Positions 52,291 through 64,000 of a DNA stretch of 64,000 nucleotides are shown piece after piece. The stretch is taken from positions 402,132,001 through 402,196,000 of the forward strand of contig OZ024740.1 of NCBI GenBank assembly GCA_964016885.1, given 5' to 3'. Position numbers and translations under genes: made by a program. This DNA comes from Eledone cirrhosa. Lineage: Eukaryota. Every line of letters begins with the position of its first letter. Position 1 is the first letter of the stretch. The notes below the pieces were generated by a model, which had not been told where the DNA came from, made no database searches, and worked only from the letters and a program-made list of their open reading frames with translations.

Positions 52291-52425
52291 TCTCTCTATA
52301 TATATAATATATAAAAGATAGTGTTAAGATAGTGACATATTTTATTTAATGCACTTAATGGTATAAGTCCATATATATATATATACGATATTAACAAATA
52401 GAAACTATATTTATAAAACCATATT

Positions 52426-52490
52426 TATTTTATTATACATATTTCAAGGACCCCACGTTAAATTATGGTATGCTTTCATCAGACAAAATA
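52426..52490 (-). ncRNA. Minimal type-I hammerhead, homolog of 21893-21958
   Basis: Minus strand UAUUUUGU-CUGAUGA-...-GAAA-UAUGU-AUA^-AUAAAAUA. Confidence 0.65.
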
Positions 52491-53128
52491 CAATATAGAT
52501 CAGTTTTATAAATAATTAAAAAATATTTCCTCTAGTCACATAGCACAAGTTAACGAACGAAAACAAAGCAAACTGAAAAACATTTTTTTAAAGACAAACC
52601 TTAAAAATTATTTTTTTAAAAATAAAATTACAAACGAAAGACACAGAACTCTACGGTCATCGGACACAGAAATGGAGAAAATTCCTCAAACGCTCCTGTC
52701 TGTCGATCTCACCCAGATACTGAGGTAACCGTAAAAGTAAAACCCCCATAGTCAGGTTTATATAATCATATTGTATATGGTTTCATATAAACCTCTATGA
52801 TGAATCACGTTATGTGAGTATTACTGCTAATATATAAATATGTGTGTGCATATGTGTGTTTAGGAGTGTGTGTACTAGTAGTAAAATATTATATTTAAAT
52901 TGTATGCTTTAGTATATATATATTGTTGAGAAGTATGTCATAATTATTGATGATTTTCCGACACACCTTTCCCCAACATTACTTTGGACGCCGTCGAAAG
53001 GCAATGACAAAACTGGGTCACTTTGTTTTCCTTTTCTCGCATTCATTTCTCCATTTGCTCCATTTCACTGACACGTTCTTTCTTGCAATTATCATGGCGT
53101 CACTATTTTTCACAGACACATACACGCA

Positions 53129-53254
<126 letters not shown>

Positions 53255-53318
53255 TATAAATACACATAGATATATATCTCTGTGCGTGGCTCTATGGTTG
53301 AGTGTGTATATAAATATG

Positions 53319-53381
<63 letters not shown>

Positions 53382-53395
53382 CAATCAATTTCTAG

Positions 53396-53453
<58 letters not shown>

Positions 53454-53458
53454 CATAT

Positions 53459-53579
<121 letters not shown>

Positions 53580-53621
53580 AATATATTTGAAAATTTCAAA
53601 CTTGTATGTCACTACACAATA

Positions 53622-53660
53622 TGAACCTGAAGATTGCGAAAGCATGAAAGTACTTGTTCA
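53622..53660 (+). ncRNA. 39-nt minimal type-I hammerhead ribozyme
   Basis: UGAAC-CUGAAGA-U-UGC-GAAA-GCA-U-GAAAG-UA-CUU^-GUUCA; GNRA-capped stem II, palindromic AAGUACUU. Confidence 0.85.
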
Positions 53661-54531
53661 ATTAACACTTAACATTTAATATTCTACCATACTATTTCAT
53701 TATAATATCATTATAATTTTAAAGGATTGTAAGTAAAACGAGTAAATCAAACAAAGTTGGAATTCCTTTTATTAATATAATCTTCTGTACACAATCATAC
53801 ACACCCGTGTATATTTATATATATATATATATAGATATATATACGAGGGTGAATGTGAGCATGCGTATCTAATAGATACTTAATTATATATTTGTGTACA
53901 TACATATATATACATTAGCAGTCACACATTGACATTCAGTATTCCTTGTTTTGTAAGTATTGACGAGAGTGAGAACATTTGAGCGTAAAATCGGATTTCA
54001 ATTATTACACTATCACTATCACGCCCTGGGTTTTTACTCTGCAAACCTATCATTGGGTGGGGCTGATCTATATACTGGCAGGCAACAATATATTGCTAAG
54101 TTTGTTATTTTTTCTGTCACGACCTGGGTCAAACATTTTGGAGCAGATACATTTTAATGTGTACAGCAGATATTATTTTCAGACATATCATACCCAGTAT
54201 TACATTAGCGACGTCTTTGTTTTTGAGGCGGTATGGAGAAGATATAGATGTTACTAGCTTCAGCAACTACATAGAGAGTCCGTCAGAAGCCAGTATTAAA
54301 CACTAAACACTAAATTTAACAATAGCAAAATTCGATAATGTTGTATATGCCCCAAAAATGAAGGAATGCAGCCTTATTTATAACAATCTATTTTCCCCTC
54401 TCTAATTGGCTTTAAGATACATGGAGAACATTCTTTCTTCTTGGTTATTACTAAAATGTTGCTTCTAATAATAAATATGTTTATATCATATATATTTATC
54501 TACCTATCTCTCTCTCTGTATATATATATAA

Positions 54532-54668
54532 AGGTGTGGTGAGATACCAGGCGGACCATAACGTACCAGAGTACTCGATATTTAGGGTAGTAGAGTGGGT
54601 AATATGAAGAGTCAGGACCCTGGCGGCTGAATTCCGGCCGTTTCGACAGATAGATCAGAACTAAGCCA
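54532..54668 (-). mobile_element. Copy of the 51.1 kb family
   Basis: gataccaggcggaccataacgtaccagagtactc...ggccgtttcgac. Confidence 0.75.
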
Positions 54669-54718
54669 GCAGTATTAGAACAGCGTGAATCTATCTATCT
54701 ACCCCCCCTCTCTCTCTC

Positions 54719-54774
<56 letters not shown>

Positions 54775-54802
54775 GAGAGAGATTCACGCTGTTCTAATAC
54801 TG

Positions 54803-56420
54803 AATGCGCAGGTGTATTTCTGCATCCAGCAAACAATCCCTCAACAATGCACCGCCCAGGTAAAGAAAAGTATCAACTTCATCCAATCTAGTTCCGTGCA
54901 CCATTATATTTGGCTCAATGTATGCTTCCACTGGTAGTGGGGCGAATATTACCTTTGTCTTTTTCAGATTAATTTTCATACCAATGGCATTACCTGCAGC
55001 TGAAAAACAATCCATGATGCGATGCATGTCATCTTGAGAGTCAGCCAGGAACACCTTGAACTTGAACCTGCATAGGTCAAAGATTCTTCCTGTAGTTCTA
55101 ACCTGCAATAGAACACCCATTGTACAGACCTGGAATGCATGAGTCAGCATCACGGCAAAACATTGAAAACAGTGTGGCAGCTGGGATATTTCCCTGCATC
55201 GCGCCATTATCAACTGGGATTTCATTAGACAATTCTCCATTGAAGACAACCCGAATCTGCATCTTTTTGTGCAGTCGGACGAATATATCAATACAGTTTC
55301 ATGAGCCCCCTATTTTCCCTATTATCTTCAACTTCTATTTCTAAACCTTCTCAGCTCGCGTTGTAAGGGGATTTCATATTTTTTGCATACCTTTTTAAAA
55401 TCAGAAATCTTTTCATGAGGAGCTTGTTTTTTTTCCTTAGTAGTGCCGATAAATTGATTATTATCATCAAACCAATCTCTATGTTGTTTTTCGTCTTGAA
55501 TCCAGGTTCTTTGCTCCTGATTTATGCAATTGATTCCTGATATTTATCCATGTTCCATCAAAGTTAATATTATCCAAACGTTTATTCAAAGCCTCACGTA
55601 ACTCTTGTTGTTTTAACTTTCAAACATAAAAACACTTCAGTGTTTTGATGCCACACTTACGAGTCTTTTTCCGAACACATAATCTAAACTTCCCCCGAAT
55701 CATCTTATGGTCTGCATTGCACTCTGCCCTACACGTGATGTGCGTTACAGACATCATTCATGATGCATCTCCGGGTTTATATGCAATCTATCATGTGACC
55801 ATCTTTTGATCTTGGGTGCATCCAGGTAACTTTATGCTTTTTTTTTCGGTGGAAAAATGTATTGCAAATGGCTGGTTTGAGTTCCGAACAAAGTTCAAGA
55901 GAACTTCAAACTATTGGCATTCATTTTAACGATGATGTAATGACCCAGTGCATCCAATTTCTCACGGTCACTGTCGACATGGGCATTGAAATAACCAAGA
56001 ATTATCACTTTTTCCTCAACTGAAGTAGATGTAATTATAGTGCCTAGGAATTTTAAGAAATTCATAATAATTTCTTCACTGGCTTGGAGAGTTGGAGCAT
56101 GAACTGAAGTAAGTATTGCACATCGCCCACATGCAAGTGGAATGTGGAACTTCATTATACGGCCACTGATTCTAGAGGGACTCTTTAAATGTTGTGCTAG
56201 AGGATCCAGCACCTCGCCGTTCTCCTTATACATGCTTCAGTCACCTGATAATACCCTAACAGGCGTGTTTTTGACAAGGCTGCAATATCTATATTTAATC
56301 TTTGGAGTTAATTTATTTACCAGTGCGGTTCTTCTTTCTTTGATGCGTTTCGATCCAAAAGGGTTCTAACATTCCAGGAAAAAGTATTGCGTTTCACTCC
56401 ATTTTTAATAAATATTTTAC
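54803..56420 (-). pseudogene. Heavily decayed RTE (BovB-like) LINE: APE and RT remnants
   Basis: APE: SGRIMKFHIPL...SVHAPTL...ILGYFNA; RT: DCFSAAGNAIGMKINLKKTKV...VDTFLYLG. Confidence 0.85.
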
Positions 56421-56748
56421 TATGTCCTTCACTTTTTCTATCCTGCTTGAATAAAACACCGCAGTTTACTTCCCAACGAACACAGAATCCCTTTGGAATA
56501 AGTTTATTGGAAAAGTTATAGTGTGTTGTTATGCGTAAATAGAGAAATTTTGCTTAAACTTCTTTATCAAGATCTTATACAAACAGAAAAGACGCAGTCA
56601 TATTTTAAATCTAAGATAAAACTACAATAACCAGCACATGGCTTGTTGCTAAATGTATTTTGAGTTAATATTTAGATTCCGTGAAGGGAGATAATATATT
56701 ATGTTAATATAATTCATTGTATGTATGTATATATGTATGTATGTATGT

Positions 56749-57124
56749 AGAATTCTAGGAGAAGGAAAACTCTGATATAACACCTGCAACCCTGATGGTA
56801 TCCAATGTTGACTTGTTCTTCTTTTTGGTAAATATCATCTTGGTTAAGAGAGTGGGACTGGCTTTGTGCAGTGCCTTTGCTCACTATAAAAGCTTCACGG
56901 CACAGGCATTGCTTTATATCTGGAGGTCTCTCTGCACTTGTCGTCACATGGTACCATGGGCCCAGCACTATGTGTCAATAATTGTCACAAGTGTAGTGTT
57001 TGTACCAGAGTTTTCAAGTCGCTGGCTGGACTAAAAAGTCACACTCGTTCAGCGTATCGGTAGGGGTTCTCCTACATGGATATAGAGTAGTGGCCGTACT
57101 CGAAAACGAGTTTGCAGTCACCAT
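56749..57124 (+). mobile_element. RTE-type 3' fragment flanked by (TATG)n on both sides
   Basis: Near-identical to 25075-25450. Confidence 0.85.
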
Positions 57125-57329
57125 GTATGTATATATGTATGTATCTATGTACGTATGTATGTGTGTATATATGTATGTATGTATCTATATATGTATGTGT
57201 ATATATATATGTAGATATGTATGTCTGTATGTCTGTATGTATGTTCGTACTAATTTATGTAAGTATTTCTATATACATACATAATTTATATCCATCCATA
57301 CATATATATATATATACATATATATAGAT

Positions 57330-57361
<32 letters not shown>

Positions 57362-57393
57362 TTATTTATTTATATATACACACACACACACAC

Positions 57394-57473
<80 letters not shown>

Positions 57474-57478
57474 CGAAA

Positions 57479-57537
<59 letters not shown>

Positions 57538-57796
57538 TGCCTGACTATTTATTATTGTTATTGCAGTCGCCGCTATCGTTTTGGCCTGTTGTTAATTTTG
57601 TACGCGCCATCTTATCAGTCGGGTAACAATAACATTACTTGATGTTTAAAATTCCACTTGAGAAGGTTAAGTGAATGAAATTAGTATTCCTGTTTAATCT
57701 CTTATATGATTATACCCAGCCAAATACACATGTATATTTGTGTATGTGTGTATGTATATATATATATATAATCTATATAAATATATATTTATATAG

Positions 57797-58112
<316 letters not shown>

Positions 58113-58188
58113 AATATATATATGTGTGTGTATATGTATACATATAAATATATATATATATATATATATATGTGTGTATGTTTGTATA

Positions 58189-58253
<65 letters not shown>

Positions 58254-60067
58254 ATATATATATGTATATATATATATTTGTATTTGCTCTACGGGTCTTA
58301 TATATCTGATATATATTTATCCTTATCGAGCCCTCTTTGGATTTTAGTCTTCAAATTTATTATTATTACTATATTTATATATATATATGTATATATATGT
58401 ATATATATATGTATATATATATTTATATATATGTGTATATATATATATACTTTCATATATATATATATATACATATATATATATGTGTATATATATATAT
58501 CCTCCCCCCCCCCCATATACACACAATCTCAAAAGCGGGTACCTAAACCACCATTTGTACTGCATCTCTCTTTTTTGTTCCTGTCTAATATTTTACTATA
58601 TATTAATATTTATATATATATAAACTTAAATATAATCTATGTAAGTTTATGTATATATATATATATTTAGTTGTGTGTGTTTTATACATATAGATACATT
58701 TAATAGATAAAGTTATAATTAATTTGATACTATATATAGATCAAAGTTCATTACACGGAAAGTTCTATGTAAGATTTATAAGAACATGGAATGTGTATAT
58801 GTGTATGTTATATTTAAACTCACGCACTCGCATGTACTTCCACACACACTTACACACACATAGAAATATTTCGTGTGAGTAAGGAGAGAGAGTGGGGAGT
58901 GAAAGGCCTGAATACGGGCATTACCAAAAGTTTTGGGATAAAATATTCACTTCTCGTTCATAAGGCCTTGGTTAAATCTACTGTGGTATCTTATCATAGC
59001 CTCCTGTCGATCCAAGTATTCGTGCCGTTGAGCTTAGAGCAATTATCCAGAATGTGGAAAATAGTGAATTGGTTGTTTCGTAGCAGCCGCTGGCTACTTT
59101 TTGCGTCCATAGAAGTATTTTACCGGATTTTATATCCTATTATTTAAAGCATTCGACAGGGTTTACAGTAATTTTCTGCGACTGAGATTCCTATTTTTTT
59201 AATGAATTTTATAACTACTCAGCGATTCGATAATTCATAAGCCCCCCCCCCCCCCCCACACACACACACACATACACATACACAAAACGCACACACATAT
59301 ATATATATATATATTTAAAGGTTAAACAAGGTTCAATGAATAAATCAAAGAATATAATTCATCACAAGAAGTTCTATTTTTGTTAATATTTTGAATTAAC
59401 ATATATATATATATATATATATATGTTTGTGTGTGTGTATGAATTTCTACAAATATATATACACACACACCCATAAACTGCACACACACACGCACACACA
59501 CACATATAGTGAGAGATATAGATGTATATACGCATTCGCACACAATATATGTATATATATAATATACATACGTACATACATATACGTACACAAATGTCGA
59601 CGCACATATATACACAGTTTCTGTGTGAGGGAACAAAGCTCCTATGTGTGTAGTTAGTAAATTAGATGATTTTATTTACTTTTACTGATTTCTCACCAGT
59701 AAGTTGTGTGATAGCATCATTTCTCGGTCATCAAACGTAACAGACTGGCGGAGCTTCATATAGCAATCCAGACACGTTTACATTATTCTTGATGAGAAAT
59801 CAACGACGGCGATTTCTTTCACTTTTCTCATTATATTTATTTTTCTTCTCATTTTAATTGTTTCTTACTTATTAATTCGATACTAATTTTTGTTAAGCCA
59901 AAGATTTCTGACTGTTTTTTTTTTTGTTATTATCTTTGTTATTGTTTCTTTTTATTATTTGTTATTGTTATTGTTGTAGTTATTCTTAGATCCATTTGTT
60001 CAGTTTGTTCTCCTCTGAGTTAAATATCTAATATTTTCGAAATCCCATACTTCATGTACGCCTATAT

Positions 60068-60146
<79 letters not shown>

Positions 60147-60182
60147 CTCTCTCTCTCTCTCTCTCACTCTCACTCTCTTACG

Positions 60183-60279
<97 letters not shown>

Positions 60280-60584
60280 TATTTATTTATTTGTGTGTAT
60301 ATATGTAAAATTATACACACACACACACACACACGCATATATATATATTATATACATATATACATACATCCATAGATACATCATATATATAAGTGTGTGG
60401 GGGTGGGGGATTTTGGGTGGGTGTGTGAGCAAGAAGATAATCATATGGGGAAATATTTCCATGTATATGCACATACGCATTCACAAATAATTCACGTGTG
60501 TTTATATGTCCCCGTCTAACATTTTATGAATGTTTACACATGCTCGCTCAAAAAAATTCAAATATATATTCTATGGGATTAATA

Positions 60585-60778
60585 ATTTCTACTTTGGTCA
60601 GAAGTCCAGACGTCGAATAAGTAAGCCCCAATACGTAACTGCTACTGTATTTGATCGACCTCATAAGATTGAAATGCAAGTCTACCGCCGGTGGGACTTG
60701 AACTCATAACGTAAAATGACGTAATAAAATGTAGGAAACATTGTCCGACGATCAACTGATGTTGCCAATCTACCAACC
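60585..60778 (-). mobile_element. Diverged SINE
   Basis: tgatcgacctcataagattgaaatgcaagtctacc..ggtgggacttgaactca. Confidence 0.6.
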
Positions 60779-60918
60779 TTATATTTTGCACATTAATAAA
60801 TATCCACGCAAAATATACTCAGTCTCATTTTATATATACGAAACTACGCTTACAATACACTCAACATTATACACACACACTCCATCTTTCTCTCTCACTC
60901 TATACTTATATATAGGAA

Positions 60919-61039
<121 letters not shown>

Positions 61040-61481
61040 ACATAGTGAGAGAGAGAGACAGATACATATATACACACACAAACACACATATATGCGTGTG
61101 TGTGTGTATCTGTCTGTCTGTCTCTCTGTGTATGTGTAATCAATGTTATCTGGAATACTCTACACAAACACTTGATGACAACTCGGTAGCAATGAATTCC
61201 TTGTTAGAAAGTTACAAAATATACAAGGTATCGATGTAAGGGTTATCTTTTAAACAAACATTACATGTTAATATGACTGGTTTCAGACAACACCAATAAC
61301 ACTGTTTATCTGAAGATACAAGGCTTTCTTTTCTTCAGATTCCAAATGAGAGGATTCGTTAGTAAAACTTACAAATTTAAAAATAGCTCTGAAATTACTT
61401 TTTGTATGGATGATGGGAGGGCGTATTGTTTTAAAATCAAATATAATTTCATACCTATCTATCTATCTATCTATCTCTTTA

Positions 61482-62177
61482 ATCATGGGCGCCCGGGCAG
61501 GGACCCTGCAAAAAAGATCTGTCCGAGGTGCGTGCGAGACGAAAAAACCGTCGCGCACGCATTCATACACTGCCCGGGCGTCACTGACCTGTGGGGCTAT
61601 GTAGAACGACTATTGTCGCGGGTGGGACCAATCCAGTTGACCACCGAGTCCATTGTCATGATCAAACCGCCACCCTCCTTCAAAAACGAAGGAGAGGCGG
61701 TTTTCCTTTGTGTGATAGCTATGGCGAAAGAGGTTGTATGGTGGACAAGGTTGAAAGGGCTGAGGTCAGACACCTTTCTCTCCGGCCAACAACTGATTCT
61801 TTTTTTCAAATACCACTTTGGAAGAAGAATCAGGATGGAGAGAGAGGTGCTGTACCCCAGCAAGTTTTATGAAAGGTGGGTGAAAGTGGCGAGAATGGCC
61901 CGAGTGAATGGGCCTTCTCTCTATATCAGCCTGTAGGTTGAGGAAAAGGAGGAGGAGAGGAAAGGAATACAAGCTCTTCGTACTCCTGGAGATGAGGGTT
62001 GCACATTTTTTTTTCGGGGGTATGTGTTACCCATATAAACTGTCTCCCTCTATTGGGGAAAATCGACTAACTTTTAAATTCCATCTGTGATAACATTTTA
62101 CACGTTTTTATTGTATGTAAACTTCCCCCTTTGTATTTGTCCCCTTCTTTTGTGCCCCTGTGGCTAATAAAGAAATA
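61482..62177 (+). mobile_element. Tx1-clade LINE, 5'-truncated (copy 6)
   Basis: ORF2 C-terminus KKICPRCVRDEKTVAHAFIHC...; TSD tatctatctcttta at 61468-61481 and 62178-62191. Confidence 0.93.
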
Positions 62178-62277
62178 TATCTATCTCTTTATCTATATCA
62201 AATTTAATTTATCCTTTTACCTCACCTACTGTGGTGCCCCCTATTGAACCAGAAACTCACACACACATAAGTATATA

Positions 62278-62371
<94 letters not shown>

Positions 62372-62401
62372 AAAGTATAGAGGTGTAACACACGAGTTAT
62401 G

Positions 62402-62733
62402 ATATATTGGTAAAAGGAAAAGAAAATGCTGATCAATTGTTCCCAGTGAAAAATAGTTTAATTAGGAATAAGTAAAAATTAGTAATAGTATTGGTTAGTA
62501 TTCAGTTTTGGTTTTAAGTTTTACCGGTTGCGTATTTCTAATGCTTTTCAAAAATAATTTTGAGATAGAGCGCCCGTGATGTTTGCTCTAATCAGATTAG
62601 AACAAACATCACGGGCGCTCTAAAACTTAAAACCAAAACTGAATACTAACCAATACTATTAATAAGTTTTACTTAATCCTAATTAAACTATTTTTCACTG
62701 GGATCAATTTGTCAGCATTTTCTTTTCCTTTTA

Positions 62734-62742
<9 letters not shown>
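62402..62742. mobile_element. Fold-back element with ~120-bp arms plus an inner 27-bp hairpin, in (TA)n
   Basis: 62402-62523 inverted with 62620-62742; tagagcgcccgtgatgtttg / caaacatcacgggcgctcta. Confidence 0.85.
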
Positions 62743-62765
<23 letters not shown>

Positions 62766-63166
62766 ACCTGTTAGTTTTTTCGTTACTTTGGTATTGTGTG
62801 GTTAGGTTAGGTTTTGCCTACCACAATGTTCAATTTGTCAAGCTATTTAAACATATGTTATTATTCTAAGGACTCTTATTGAGTGCTTTTCTAACTCATT
62901 CATACTTTATGTCGACTTTGCTTTCGCACAGCCAAAGCTTCGATTTTTCTAAGCTTCCACTTGTATACTGAACTTGAACTATTGGTGTTAAACTAACACA
63001 TAATCTTATATATACGTTTGTATGTAGAAGATCCCGTTAAGGATGAAAGCAGCGATTATTTGCTTAAATTTAATGTTATTTAAATAAATATTTGCTCTAC
63101 GGTTCTTATATATTAGATATATATTTGTTCTTATTGGATTTTAGTCTTCGCATTTATTATTATTAC

Positions 63167-63207
<41 letters not shown>

Positions 63208-63210
<3 letters not shown>

Positions 63211-63762
63211 CGTTTCTGAATTTGTTTAGCAAGATTCTTTATCTAAAAACGTGTGTTGAAACACACAGAAATGACGCAATGTTTAGACAAATCACAGAGG
63301 CAATAAACATAAATGAACTCCAACCAAATTAAATAGAAAGCATGAATGGAATTGCAACATCACAACTTACAATTAAGGACAAAATGAAAACACACACACA
63401 CATAGAACAAACAACCAACCAGTAACATGTTAATGAACAAATAAATAAACAAATAAAAACACACACAGACACCCTGCTGTAACACATGCGCAAACTAAGC
63501 ACACAACACACACAAAAACAAGATAGCGTAGGACAGAACAAAGGAGAGGCACAAAACAAAGAGAAGAATCCTCAGTCACTGAAGAGGTCACAGAACGTGT
63601 GACGAAAGAATTTTGACAATATATGATCAACCGTCCGGTTGTGGAACCAACCAACTAACCGGAAATTTATAAATTCTTAAATTTATAAATTTAATTTATA
63701 ATAAATTGGAGTGAACATCTGGTGCGTGTGTTTCTTATTGGCAACATGACCCTCCCAAATAT

Positions 63763-63768
<6 letters not shown>
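63208..63768 (+). mobile_element. Longer copy of the 19368/33425 family with a hammerhead-like motif at 63575-63617
   Basis: GUCA-CUGAAGA-G-GUCAC-agaacgu-GUGAC-GAAA-GAAUUU-UGAC; 3' end gaccctcccaaatataacaa(ta)n; short inverted 5' arm 63208-63265. Confidence 0.7.
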
Positions 63769-63828
<60 letters not shown>

Positions 63829-63879
63829 ATCTATTTAGCTAGCTGTCTGTGTCTCTATCTATCTATCTATCTTAATGTC

Positions 63880-64000
63880 TCTTTTTTTCAAATACCACTT
63901 TCGAAGAAGAATCAGGATGGAGAGAGCAGTGCTGTACCCGAACAAGTTTTGTGAAAGGTGGGTGAAAGTGGCGAGAATGGCCCGAGTGAATGGACCTTCT
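63880..64000 (+). mobile_element. Tx1-clade LINE 3' fragment (copy 7), runs off the window edge
   Basis: Matches 61800-61920; preceded by (tatc)n. Confidence 0.9.

Noticed and set aside
61468-63880. Apparent non-templated ttaat at LINE 5' junctions
   Set aside because: Explained by TSD/flank sequence in the copies where both ends are visible.

Overview
AT-rich, microsatellite-saturated eukaryotic intergenic or intronic DNA. The SINE and simple-repeat content suggests a cephalopod such as Octopus (inference). No host gene is confidently identified, and almost all short ORFs in the track are microsatellite artefacts. (1) A Tx1/L1-clade LINE family is present as 7 copies, including a near full-length 5.8 kb element with an intact 1145-aa APE-RT ORF2. 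Every copy sits in a (TATC)n tract, usually about 2 units from its edge, with 14-17 bp TSDs where readable, and four copies form a head-to-tail stack at 9.4-18.7 kb. (2) Most interesting: many small non-coding fold-back elements inserted in (TA)n tracts. They belong to several unrelated sequence families, and many carry a minimal type-I hammerhead ribozyme (CUGANGA...GAAA, palindromic stem III). Two of them (32.4-33.3 kb, 48.0-49.1 kb) contain circularly permuted, longer-than-unit copies in inverted orientation, as expected from reverse transcription of a circular or multimeric RNA (retrozyme-like, Penelope-dependent). A Naiad-like Penelope GIY-YIG relic at 26.4-26.9 kb is a candidate relative of the mobiliser. 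(3) Also present: RTE fragments (two 5' ends with possible degenerate HDV-like folds), many tRNA-derived SINEs, a hAT MITE, a 41-bp minisatellite and weak hints of a decayed minus-strand host gene at 35-40 kb.
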